DNA of 64,000 nt from an uncultured Planctomycetota bacterium (GCA_963849325.1 CAWKHF010000006.1:160001-224000); one strand, 5' to 3'; shown: positions 10,399 through 19,819, counted from the first letter of the stretch. Notes: generated from the sequence alone by a model not told the origin. Translations and numbers: made by a program.

Positions 10399-11393
10399 AT
10401 GAAGATCGGCATCACTTACGACCTGAAAGCCGACGTCCCCGCCGGCGCCGACCTGCCCGACGACTTCCAGGAAGAGTTCGACAGCCCCGCCACCATCGAG
10501 GCCATCGCCGCGGTGCTGCGCGGCCTGGGACACGAGGTCGAAGCGCTCGGCGACGGCCGGGAGCTGCTCGAACGTCTGCTGCGCGATCCGCCGGACTTCG
10601 TGTTCAACTTCGCCGAGGGCCACGGCATCGGCCGCTGCCGCGAGGCGCGGGTGCCGGCCGTGCTGGAGATGCTCGGCATCCCCTACACCGGCTCCGACCC
10701 GCTCACCCTGGCCGTCACGCTCGACAAGGATTGCGCCAAGCGGCTGGTGCAGTCGGCCGGCGTCCCCGTGCCGCGTTGGACGGTGCTCGAACCGGACCAC
10801 GACCCGACCGCTCTGCCGCGGCTGCCGTACACCGCCATCGTCAAGCCGGCCTGGGAAGGTTCCAGCAAGGGCATCCGCGGCAAGTGCGTCGTCGATCGCG
10901 TGGACGAGCTGGTCGAGGCGGTGACGACCCTGCGCCGCGATCATCGCCAGCCGATCCTCGTCGAGGAGTACATCGCCGGCGAGGAGCTGACCGTCGGCAT
11001 CGTCGGCAACGATCCGCCGCGCATCATCGGCGTCCTGCGCGTGGTGCCGCAGCGGCCGACGAGCGTTTCGTCTACAGCCTGGAGGTCAAGCGCGACTGGC
11101 GAAGACAGGTCCGCTACGAGTGTTTGTCCGGCGGCAGGAGTCCGAGGCGGTGGCGGAGGCCGCTCTGCGGGCGTACCGGACCCTGGGCTGCCGCGACGTG
11201 GCGCGCATCGACTTCCGCCTGCACCAACGGCATGCCGTACTTCCTCGAAGTCAATCCGCTGCCGGGCCTCAACCCGGAGTCGAGCGACCTGGTCATCCTG
11301 TCGCGGCTGGCGGGCTGGAGCTACGAACGACTGATCGAGAGCATCTTGCGCAGGCCGTGGAGCGGACCCAACGCCTCCGAGCCTGAAGCGTAA
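10399..11393 (+). CDS. D-Ala-D-Ala ligase-like ATP-grasp protein 1 (apparent frameshifts)
   Basis: FNFAEG, GIPYTGSD, IVKPAWEGSSKGI, GCRDVARIDFR and FLEVNPLPGL motifs. Confidence 0.9.
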
Positions 11394-11446
11394 GCGAAGG
11401 GACGGCAACTCGGTTGCCGTCCCTTCGCTTACGCTTCAGGCTCGGA
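11376..11446. repeat. REP-like palindrome (family A)
   Basis: Perfect 34-bp arms tccgagcctgaagcgtaagcgaagggacggcaac and its reverse complement, 3-nt loop. Confidence 0.9.
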
Positions 11447-11634
11447 TAAAAACAGCGGCGCGGAAACCGTTACAGCCGTGACGATTGCCACAATCTGAGA
11501 CAACGACAACGAGTTGTCACGCTTTCGCATGGATAGGGGTTGCGACGTGGACCGCTCTTATCCAATACTTATCTCGTGGGATATTGTCTCATTGAGGAAA
11601 TCCTGATACCGACATTTGGTAGGTCCGTTTACTT

Positions 11635-12695
11635 ATGATCGCTGAGACGCCAGCCGCCGACCGCTCCTCTCCTACGCGGATCCTCATCCTGCACAACCAG
11701 CCGATCCTGCCGGAAGACCATCCCGACGCCGATTCGGAACACGAAGTCCTCTACACGGCCGAGGTCGTGCAGGGGATCTTGAGCGGAGGCCGGCTACGAC
11801 GTCGCCACGCTGGGCGTGTCGCGCGATCCGTCGGTCCTGCTGGACGGCCTGCGCGAGTATCGGCCGGACGTGGTCTTCAACCTGTTCGAGGGACTGGCCG
11901 ACTTCGGCGACACCGAGGCGCACGTCGCCGGCATCCTGGAATGGCTGGAGCTGCCGTTCACCGGCTGTCCGTATCAGACCTTGTGCCTGGCCCGCAGCAA
12001 GCACCTGACCAAGCACCTGCTGGCCGGGGCCGGCCTGCCGACGGCCCGCTTCTTCGTGGTCGAGGACGTGCCGGTCGAGGATTGCCCGCTGGACTGGCCG
12101 GTGATCGTCAAGCCGGCGACGCAGGACGCCAGCGTCGGCGTCGATCAGGGCAGCGTGGTGACCGACCTGGATCGGCTCAACGAACGCGTGGCATACCTGC
12201 TGGAGACCTACGGCCCGCCGGTGCTGGTGGAGGAGTTCATCCGCGGCCGCGAGTTCAACGTCGGCGTGGTCGAGGCGCCGGAGCTGCGCGTGCTGCCGGT
12301 GTCGGAGATCCTGTTCGTGGAGAAGGACCCGGAGTTCTGGCCGATCGTGACCTACGACGCCAAGTGGAAGCCGGGCACGCGCGACTACGAAGCGACGCCG
12401 CCGGCGTATCCGGCCCGTGTCTCGCCGCGCCTGCGCGACAAGCTGGAGACGCTGGCCCGGCAGGCGTTTCGCCTGCTGGGCTGCCGCGACTACGCCCGCG
12501 TCGATTTCCGGGTGCGCGGCAGCAAGCCGTACATCCTGGAGGTGAACCCCAACCCGGACTTCAGTCCGACGGCCGGCCTGGCCGGCGGCCTGACAGTCGG
12601 CGGGCCTCGCGCACGCGCAGTTCACGGTCGAGTTGGTGCAGCGCGCCCTCGCGCGCGGCGGCAAGGCCGCCACCGCCGTCCGCTGCGGTCCCTGA
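11635..12695 (+). CDS. D-Ala-D-Ala ligase-like ATP-grasp protein 2 (apparent frameshifts)
   Basis: VFNLFEG, LPFTG, IVKPATQDASVGV, GREFNV, GCRDYARVDFR and LEVNPNPD motifs. Confidence 0.9.
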
Positions 12696-12760
12696 AATGT
12701 CCGCTCCTTGTTCGCCCTCCCCCAAGGGGGTAGAGGGCGAAGGAAAAGTGGAGGCGCCGA

Positions 12761-13063
12761 TCATTGTTCACTTTGGTAAAGTTCCGCTTCCTCTTTCTGG
12801 AGGTCGGCACTTTGCTCGGGGGTGGGCAGGGCTTTGGCGGCGGCCTCCATCGCGGCCTCCTTGGTCGAAGCCCTCCCGGCCGGTCCCTCGCTGTCGGTGG
12901 GTTCCCGGCTCACCACGGGGTAGTTCGTCAGATACCATACCCAGGGCGCGGGGCCGTTCGGGTCATCACACTCGACCACGGCCGTAATACCCGTGGCTTC
13001 GTCCGTGGCCTCCTGGTGCTGGGCCATCCGCATTTCCAGCGAAGGTTTCCATTGCAGACGCAT
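12761..13063 (-). CDS. Hypothetical protein
   Basis: AGGAGA RBS; 100-aa ORF beginning MRLQWKPS. Confidence 0.55.
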   Translation of the reverse strand: MRLQWKPSLEMRMAQHQEATDEATGITAVVECDDPNGPAPWVWYLTNYPVVSREPTDSEGPAGRASTKEAAMEAAAKALPTPEQSADLQKEEAELYQSEQ

Positions 13064-13174
13064 GGCAGTCTCTCCTTGGGTTAGACGAATCTGTTCCCCT
13101 CTTGCTCTTGCCCTTCTTCTGACGGAAGGCACGACATTTGCATCCCGGCGGATTACACCTCCGATGGTCCTCCC

Positions 13175-13351
13175 TTACCCCCAAAACGACCGCCTTCTGT
13201 ACCCATGTCCCAGGAAAGAAAGCGCCGCGAGAATGAGGAAGACGACGAAGAGGATTTTCGCCCCCTCCCAGGAGAAATTGGCCACCCCCCCGTAGCCGAG
13301 GAAGGCAGCGACCAGGGCGATGACGAGAAACACGATGGCCAGGCGTAACAT
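13175..13351 (-). CDS. DUF1328 (UPF0391) small membrane protein
   Basis: MLRLAIVFLVIALVAAFLGYGGVA...AKILFVVFLIL; AAGGAGG RBS. Confidence 0.9.
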   Translation of the reverse strand: MLRLAIVFLVIALVAAFLGYGGVANFSWEGAKILFVVFLILAALSFLGHGYRRRSFWG

Positions 13352-13483
13352 GGTCAGATCCTCCTTCAAAAAGGTTGGGCTTCGTTGGCGAAGTGCCAGA
13401 CGTGCCCGCGATTGCCACTTCCGGATGGAACATACTCAAAACGTCCTCGCGCCATCCGTGCCGCTCCTCCTCGCGCCGGCCTG

Positions 13484-13675
13484 TCACTGGGTCTCGCCGG
13501 CGTGGAGGCGCACCCACACTTCCAGGCGATGGACGGCAACGTCGGCGGCGGCCTCGAAGCCCAGTCTCACTTTCCCGGCTTTAATGTCCAGCACCGTGAC
13601 TTTGAGGAGAGGGGCGAGGCCGTCGGTCCCTCCGACGACAACCACCTCCTGGCTCTTTCGGGTCAAAACCAACAT
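13484..13675 (-). CDS. csrA: Carbon storage regulator CsrA family protein
   Basis: MLVLTRK...VRLGFEAAADVAVHRLEVW. Confidence 0.9.
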   Translation of the reverse strand: MLVLTRKSQEVVVVGGTDGLAPLLKVTVLDIKAGKVRLGFEAAADVAVHRLEVWVRLHAGETQ

Positions 13676-14226
13676 GGCAGAACCTCCGTTTTCCTGATGG
13701 ACACACCCTCGATGAGCGCTTGGGAACGCACCAAGCGGCGTTCGCGCAGCAGCAGGATTTCCAGGCGCGCGAGGTCGATCGGCTTGATCAGGTAATGGTC
13801 AAAGCCCGCCTCGTCGCAGAGCCGACGGTGGACCTGGTCCGTCCAGCCGGTGATGGCGATCAGCAGAGTATCCGCGAAGGTCGCCTGCTGCCGCAGCTGT
13901 CGCGCCACCTGGCAGCCGTCCCTCTTCGGCATGGTAAGGTCCAGCAGCACGACATGAGGTTTACGAACAACCGTCATGTCGAGGGCGGCCGCGCCATCGT
14001 AGGCCGTCCGCGCCTCGTGCCCCCACAGGTTCACCAGCACGGACAAGCTGTCCGCGGCGTCTCGATTGTCATCGACGACCAGCACGTGGAGTGTCCGCTG
14101 GCTGTCCGCAAGGCGCGGCATCGAGTCGCCGCTCCGCCGCGCCGGCAAGACATCACCGGGCGGTAGCAACGACGCGCGGACGGCAGGACCGTCCACCCCA
14201 ACGGCTTCCAAACCGAGGCTCAACAT
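13663..14226 (-). CDS. Response regulator receiver protein
   Basis: VLVVDDN, VLLDLTMP, AITGW and LIKP motifs; AAGGAGG RBS before 14226. Confidence 0.88.
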   Translation of the reverse strand: MLSLGLEAVGVDGPAVRASLLPPGDVLPARRSGDSMPRLADSQRTLHVLVVDDNRDAADSLSVLVNLWGHEARTAYDGAAALDMTVVRKPHVVLLDLTMPKRDGCQVARQLRQQATFADTLLIAITGWTDQVHRRLCDEAGFDHYLIKPIDLARLEILLLRERRLVRSQALIEGVSIRKTEVLPCWF

Positions 14227-14238
14227 GCTAGGACCTCC

Positions 14239-14685
14239 TTATCGACCTTGCGTAGCGGGTCCGCTGCCGCTCCAGGTATCCGCGGGTACGCTGTGGGAGA
14301 GCAGGAACACCTGGACCACCGTGCCGCTGGTGAATACTTTCACCACCGTGCCGCTGGCCGTCTCCACTTCCGCGGCCGCCTCGCGCACCTCCACTCCCGT
14401 GATTCGTTTGATGTCCTGGCGCAGCGAATCCGAGGAGTTGGCGAACAGCTGCCGGTGGAATTCCTGCACCTGCGCGACGCCTTCCGAGCTCATGGCCAGG
14501 GTCTTCTCGGCCGGCGACAGAGCGCCTTGCAGCGTGATCACCAGCGTGTTGTCACTGAGGACCACAGTCACCGATTTGGGTGCGCGGCCTGTAGTCCGGC
14601 ACTCGAAATCGATCGCCGCCTGGGCGATCTGCTGGGCCGCCGAGACGGCCTGACCATCGGATTCAGCCCTGGTCGTAGGGACCAT
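14239..14685 (-). CDS. DUF2294 / MpsC family protein
   Basis: TGRAPKSVTVVLSDNTLVITLQGALSPAEK...IKRITGVEV. Confidence 0.85.
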   Translation of the reverse strand: MVPTTRAESDGQAVSAAQQIAQAAIDFECRTTGRAPKSVTVVLSDNTLVITLQGALSPAEKTLAMSSEGVAQVQEFHRQLFANSSDSLRQDIKRITGVEVREAAAEVETASGTVVKVFTSGTVVQVFLLSHSVPADTWSGSGPATQGR

Positions 14686-14722
14686 TGCGTCTCTCCCGCT
14701 AAGTCCGCCCCGGTCGGCCGAT

Positions 14723-14774
14723 AAAAAAAGCCGACGCGGTGGATCTCCCGGAAGGGAACCCACCGCGTCGGCTT
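14723..14774 (-). terminator. Intrinsic terminator in the 5' leader of the DUF2294 gene
   Basis: 15-bp arms aagccgacgcggtgg (14728-14742) and ccaccgcgtcggctt (14760-14774), followed by a U7 tract on the minus strand, ~37 nt before the ATG at 14685. Confidence 0.8.
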
Positions 14775-14990
14775 ACTCGTAAACGGACCCTCTGGCTCGG
14801 CCAGATTGCCCTTTAGCTAGTCATCCAACGCATTCACCTATTCGGATTGGAATAGGTTCGGTATGTTCATTGTAAGACTCGGAGTGGAGAAAGCAAGGGG
14901 GGCTTTCCGGTTCCGGACATGCCCTTTCCCAGTATCCTATCTTTCACGGGGCAGACCTTTCACGGGGATGGACCCGCCTTCGAGGTGATC

Positions 14991-15371
14991 ATGAAATCGC
15001 AGGGAGAGATCGAAGCCGCCATCGGCGAAGGGATCAGCCGCTTCGAGCAGGAATACATGGGTCGCGGCCCCAAGCACGTTCACGCCTACCTACTCGGCGA
15101 CCTCCTCGTGGTCCGCCTCCTGGGCGTTTTGACCGTGGCCGAACAGCAGCTGGTCAAGTCGCTTCCGGCCGAGAAGGGCCGCGACCTGCTCAAGCAAGTG
15201 CGCACCCATCTGGTCGAGACGGCGCGTCCGGTCATGGAGGAAATGGTCCAGGAGATCACCGGCATCAAGGTGGTGAGCCTGCACCACGACATCAGCACCC
15301 TCACCGGCGAGGAGGTCATGCTCTTCACGCTGGCCGAGTCGCCTCTGTTCCGTGAGGCAAGGAAAAAGTAG
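14991..15371 (+). CDS. DUF2294 / MpsC family protein (divergent paralog)
   Basis: MKSQGEIEAAI...EQEYMGRGPK...LHHDISTLTGEE. Confidence 0.9.
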   Translation: MKSQGEIEAAIGEGISRFEQEYMGRGPKHVHAYLLGDLLVVRLLGVLTVAEQQLVKSLPAEKGRDLLKQVRTHLVETARPVMEEMVQEITGIKVVSLHHDISTLTGEEVMLFTLAESPLFREARKK

Positions 15372-15473
15372 AGACCCCTCCAGCGAAGGGCGAAGCGGTG
15401 CGGGATGCCGCAGGGGAGATGCCGGCGACGGCGGGTAGAATGACCAAAGGGGAACTTCTTCGCGGAGGATGGT

Positions 15474-15794
15474 ATGATCCTGTCGGACTTTCTCACGCAC
15501 CATGCGGACGGCGAGATTACGTTGACCGGCCATCGCATCGGTCTGTACACCGTGGTGCGTCTGTACCGCGAGGGGCAGTCCGCCGAGCAGATCGCCGAGG
15601 AACTGGAGTCGCTGGGGTTGGCCCTGGTGTACAAAACGCTGGCCTTCTACCTGGAGAATCAGGCGGAAGTGGATGTTTACGTGGACGCTTATCGGGCAGA
15701 ACTGGACCGGCAGGCGCAGCTTCATCGAAAAGGCCCTGGCATTGAGGAATTGCGGCGACGTTGGCAAGAAAAGGGGTTGGGGACGCCGCCGTGA
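15474..15794 (+). CDS. DUF433 antitoxin, copy 1
   Basis: GHRIGLYTVVRLYREGQSAEQIAEE...VYKTLAFYLEN. Confidence 0.9.
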   Translation: MILSDFLTHHADGEITLTGHRIGLYTVVRLYREGQSAEQIAEELESLGLALVYKTLAFYLENQAEVDVYVDAYRAELDRQAQLHRKGPGIEELRRRWQEKGLGTPP

Positions 15795-16165
15795 TGCCTG
15801 TCCTTCGCTACGTCCTGGATGAGAACTTACGCGGCATTCTCTGGCAGGCCATCCAACAACACAACGGTCTCGGCGCCTTCCCCCTCGATGCTGTCCGTGT
15901 CGGCGATCCGCCGGACCTGCCTCTGGGGACGGTGGATCCGAACATTCTTCTGTGGGCCGAATGGGAGGGACGAATCTTCGTGTCTCTGGACAAAACGACA
16001 TTGCCGGGCCACCTGGCCCAGCATCTCCAGCAGGGCCGTCATTCGCCGGGGATTCTCATCGTGACGCCATCCAGCACGCTCGCGGAAGTCCTTGAATATC
16101 TCGTGTACGCCGCCTATGCCGGCAAGCCCATCGATTACGCGGACGGCATCACGTTCATCCCCTGA
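15794..16165 (+). CDS. DUF5615 PIN-like toxin, copy 1
   Basis: YVLDENL, GTVDPNILLWAE, GRIFVSLD and HSPGI motifs. Confidence 0.85.
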   Translation: MPVLRYVLDENLRGILWQAIQQHNGLGAFPLDAVRVGDPPDLPLGTVDPNILLWAEWEGRIFVSLDKTTLPGHLAQHLQQGRHSPGILIVTPSSTLAEVLEYLVYAAYAGKPIDYADGITFIP

Positions 16166-16195
16166 ACTTCGCCACGGCCCGCAACGGAGGACGCC

Positions 16196-16600
16196 ATGAT
16201 CCTGCCGGACTTTCTCACGCGCCACGCGGACAATGACATTCGCCTGACCGGCCATCGCATCGGCTTGTACACCGTGGTGCGCCTGTACCGCGAAGGGCAG
16301 TCCGCCGAGCAGATCGCCGAGGAGCTGCCGTCGCTGGGGTTGGCCCTGGTGTACAAAACGCTGGCCTTCTACCTGGAGAATCAGGCGGAAGTGGATGTCT
16401 ACATGGATACGTATCGCGCCGAACTGGATCGGCAGGAGGCGCTGTACGACAATAGTCCGGTAGCGCTCAAGATGCGGCGTCTCCGGGAATTGCTCCAGCA
16501 AGCCGATGAACGGTTCGGTTCCGAGCCGGGCTGGGCGACCGTTCCAATCCCGGAGAAGATTCGACGAATGGAGGAAGCAACCTCTCCTCCGGCGGTGTAA
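16196..16600 (+). CDS. DUF433 antitoxin, copy 2
   Basis: Same N-terminal domain as copy 1 with a longer, different C-terminus. Confidence 0.9.
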   Translation: MILPDFLTRHADNDIRLTGHRIGLYTVVRLYREGQSAEQIAEELPSLGLALVYKTLAFYLENQAEVDVYMDTYRAELDRQEALYDNSPVALKMRRLRELLQQADERFGSEPGWATVPIPEKIRRMEEATSPPAV

Positions 16601-16602
16601 CG

Positions 16603-16977
16603 ATGCCCTTACGCTTCGTGCTGGATGAACATCTGCGCGGCGGTGGCCTGTGGCGGATTATCCAGCAACACAACGCGCAGGGGCTGAACCTTCTCGATGC
16701 CGTCCGCGTGGGCGACCCGCTCGATCTCCCTCTGGGAACAACGGATCCGGATGTGTTGATCTGGGCGGAGCGCGAAGGCCGAATCCTCCTGTCGCGCGAT
16801 TTCAGCAGCTTGCCGGGACACCTCGTCCAGCATCTTCGGACGGGACGCCATGCGCCGGGGATCTTTCTCCTTCGCCCGCGTGCCTCGTTGTCTGCCGTGC
16901 TAGGAGACCTTGTCGTGACGGCTCACGCCGGCGATGCGGCTGACTTTCAGGACGCCATCCGCGTCATCCCGTTCTAA
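16603..16977 (+). CDS. DUF5615 PIN-like toxin, copy 2
   Basis: FVLDEHL, GTTDPDVLIWAEREGRILLSRD and HAPGIF motifs. Confidence 0.85.
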   Translation: MPLRFVLDEHLRGGGLWRIIQQHNAQGLNLLDAVRVGDPLDLPLGTTDPDVLIWAEREGRILLSRDFSSLPGHLVQHLRTGRHAPGIFLLRPRASLSAVLGDLVVTAHAGDAADFQDAIRVIPF

Positions 16978-17052
16978 TCGACCCCGGCGGTCCAGGATGG
17001 GATGCTCCGGCGATGGCGGGTACAATGAGGAGCCATTTTCGAGGAGCCTACG

Positions 17053-17457
17053 ATGGTCCTGCCGGACTTTCTCACGCGCCACGCGGACAATGACATTCGC
17101 CTGACCGGCCATCGCATCGGCTTGTACACCGTGGTGCGTCTGTACCGCGAAGGGCAGTCCGCCGAGCAGATCGCCGAGGAGCTGCCGTCGCTGGGACTGG
17201 CCCTAGTGTACAAAACGCTGGCTTTCTACCTGGAGAATCAGGCGGAAGTGGATGTTTATATGGACGCCTATCGCGCCGAGTTGGACCGGCAGGAGGCGGC
17301 TTATGTGCCGGGACCGGGGGCGCTCAAACTCCGGCGTCTCCTGGAGCTAGTCCGTGAAGCGGACTCGCGGTATGGCTCTGACCCGGCCTGGTCGGCCCTC
17401 GACATCATTGAGAAATTGCACCGACTTGGGGAGATCCCTCCCACGAATCCGGTGTGA
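17053..17457 (+). CDS. DUF433 antitoxin, copy 3 (no intact toxin partner)
   Basis: First ~80 codons nearly identical to copy 2; C-terminus diverged. Confidence 0.9.
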   Translation: MVLPDFLTRHADNDIRLTGHRIGLYTVVRLYREGQSAEQIAEELPSLGLALVYKTLAFYLENQAEVDVYMDAYRAELDRQEAAYVPGPGALKLRRLLELVREADSRYGSDPAWSALDIIEKLHRLGEIPPTNPV

Positions 17458-17630
17458 CGATGCCGTTGTGCTTGGAGTTGCGCGGAAACCGGCGAAGGGC
17501 ATCGCGAATTGTAACAACCCGCCGCGACAGAAAACTTTCGCCTTCGCCAATCGTCTTCCTTTTAGGAGGTCACGACGAACACGGCCCCAACGCTTGCGGG
17601 CGTTGACTGTCCCGAAGGAGGTACAACGTT

Positions 17631-18647
17631 ATGCGTCGTCTTCTCTTCCGCGTCGCCGGGCTGTGCCTGGCCCCGCTGACCGGGTTGGCCCTGGTCCACG
17701 CCTCCGAGCTGGACGGCAAACCCGCCGTCCGGCCTGTCAAACCCGCCACGCCTGCCACGGTATTCGTCCCGGACAAGGAGCTGACCTGCGGCTCGCACGG
17801 CACGCGCGTCGAGTTCGTCGCCACGCCCAGCAAGGCCGCGGCCATCGCCAAGAAAGAGCAGAAGCTCGTCTTCGTGCTGCACGTCTCCGGCAACTTTGAA
17901 GACCCGCGCTTCACCTGAAACAACGCCGAGGCGCTCCGTGTGAACGCCCTGGCCAATGCCGAAGTCGGCAAGTACCTCAACGAATACTTCGTCTCCTCCT
18001 TCCAGAAGGTCGCCACCTTCCGCATCGTCGGCGGTCAGAAACAGGGCGGCAACGTCGCCAGCTACTTCTGCGCTCCCGATGGCCGCGTCCTGCACGTCGT
18101 CGCCGGGCCGGTCAACGCCGACACCCTGCTGCGCGAAGCGAAGTGGGTCGTCGAGACCACCAAGAAGGCGATGGACGACGCCAAGGGCGACGGCCTGAAG
18201 TTCAAGGCGTTCTTCCGCAAGGCCCATGCCGAGCGCCTCAAGGACGAGCACGGCCTGACCGTCGAGCCGGTCACGTTCGATCCGCCGGCCGATGCGGACG
18301 AGAATGGCGCCTTGACCTACCGCGACCCGAGCGGCCGGCCGCTGGCGCCGAAGCTGCCGCCGCCGCCGATCGATGGGCCGGACGTTACCATTCGGCCGGC
18401 GCTGGCGCTGCAAAAAGCCGAGGCCAAGATGGCCGGCGCGCGTGCTCTGCTCGATCGCCGGGGCCGTCGCTGGGTGCTCGGCAACCAGGGCCGCGTTCAC
18501 GTGCTTCTGGCCGCCCACGCCATGAACAAGATCGAGACGATCTACGCCACCATCTTCGAGGGCATCCTCGGCGAGAAGATCTCGACCAGGCCCGTCGAGG
18601 TCGTCACGCCCTTCCCGTGGCTCAACCACCGCGGTAAGGGCGGGTAA
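17631..18647 (+). CDS. Putative exported thioredoxin-like selenoprotein (in-frame TGA at 17916-17918)
   Basis: ORFs 17631..17918 and 17940..18647 share a frame and are separated only by TGA plus 7 sense codons; signal peptide; hairpin just 3' of the TGA. Confidence 0.75.
17925..17953 (+). promoter_or_regulatory. Candidate bacterial SECIS stem-loop
   Basis: GCCG-A-GGCG-C-TC / loop CGTGT / GA-A-CGCC-C-TGGC; loop begins 19 nt after the UGA and has a G at its second position. Confidence 0.5.
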
Positions 18648-18666
18648 GGATCCGTCCCAGAATTCC

Positions 18667-18741
18667 TTCCTGTTTCGCCGCGACGCGCAGCGGAGCGCGG
18701 GAGACTCCCGCGCTCCGCTGCGCGTCGCGGCGAAACAGGAA
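18667..18741. repeat. REP-like palindrome (family B)
   Basis: ttcctgtttcgccgcgacgcgcagcggagcgcgggag and its reverse complement; core recurs at 32464. Confidence 0.9.
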
Positions 18742-18846
18742 GTCGCCGTTCGGCTTTCGTCTTGTCCCAAGCTCCCCCATCTGCTAGACCTTACGGCGTT
18801 ACGACGACGCCTCAATTCAACCAAGGGACGGAAGCGCGCAAGACGT

Positions 18847-19746
18847 ATGATCCCCATTGACCTGAGCGGGAAAACGGCCCTCGTCACCGGCGTGGGCGAC
18901 AACGAGAGCTTCGCCTGGTTCATCGCCAAGGCGCTGCAGGCGGCCGGCGCGCGCCTGGTGTTCGCCGTCCATCCGCGCATGATCCGCATCGTCGAGGGCT
19001 TCCTCAGCGGCGAAGCGCCCGACGACCTGGCCAGCCGTGCCCTGCCCTACGGCGGCGGCAGTCTGAAGGTCGAGAAGCTGCTGCCCTGCGACGTCGGCTA
19101 CGACACTCTCGCCGACGTGCCCGAGGCGACGCGCAACGACCGCCGATACAAGCGCGTCGAGGAGCAGCACGGCGATTACTCCATCGAAGGATTGATGAAG
19201 GCGGTCAAGGAATCGCACGGCGGCATCGACATGCTCGTCCACAGCGTCGCCTTTGCGCCGGAGATCAAGAGCAAGCTGATCGACACGACGCGAGCGGGCT
19301 ACTGGACGGCGATCAGCATCAGTGCTTACTCGCTGATCGGCCTGGTGCGGGCGGCGCTGCCGTTGATGGAGAATCGTCCGAGTGGAGCGTCGGTGGTGGG
19401 TCTGACGTACCTGGGCGGCGCACGGGTGGTGCCGCACTACGGCGGCGGCATGTCCACGGCCAAGGCGGCGCTGGAGATCGACGCCAAGCAGCTGGCCCAC
19501 AACGTCGGCGACAAGGGCATCCGCATCAATCTCATCTCGGCCGGACCCTACGCCTCGCGCACCGCCAAGGGCATCGGCGACATCCAGCAAATGATCGATT
19601 ACGCCGCCCAGCGTTCGCCGCTGCCGCGCGGCGTCACGCCGGAAGAGGTGGCCAACACCACCGTCTTCTTGTGCAGTCCGCTGGCCTCGGGCATCACCGG
19701 ACACGTCCTCTATGTCGATTGCGGCTACAACGTGATGGGCGTGTGA
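18847..19746 (+). CDS. fabI: Enoyl-ACP reductase
   Basis: GKTALVTGVG, LVHSVAFAP, LTYLG, YGGGMSTAKAALE and RINLISAGP motifs. Confidence 0.92.
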   Translation: MIPIDLSGKTALVTGVGDNESFAWFIAKALQAAGARLVFAVHPRMIRIVEGFLSGEAPDDLASRALPYGGGSLKVEKLLPCDVGYDTLADVPEATRNDRRYKRVEEQHGDYSIEGLMKAVKESHGGIDMLVHSVAFAPEIKSKLIDTTRAGYWTAISISAYSLIGLVRAALPLMENRPSGASVVGLTYLGGARVVPHYGGGMSTAKAALEIDAKQLAHNVGDKGIRINLISAGPYASRTAKGIGDIQQMIDYAAQRSPLPRGVTPEEVANTTVFLCSPLASGITGHVLYVDCGYNVMGV

Positions 19747-19761
19747 GCGGCCGCTTGCGAG

Positions 19762-19819
19762 CCGAGCCCGCGGCGTAAGCGAGGGTTGCAATCTTCCCTC
19801 GCTTACGCCGCGGGCTCGG
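19762..19819. repeat. REP-like palindrome (family A variant)
   Basis: ccgagcccgcggcgtaagcgaggg...ccctcgcttacgccgcgggctcgg. Confidence 0.85.
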
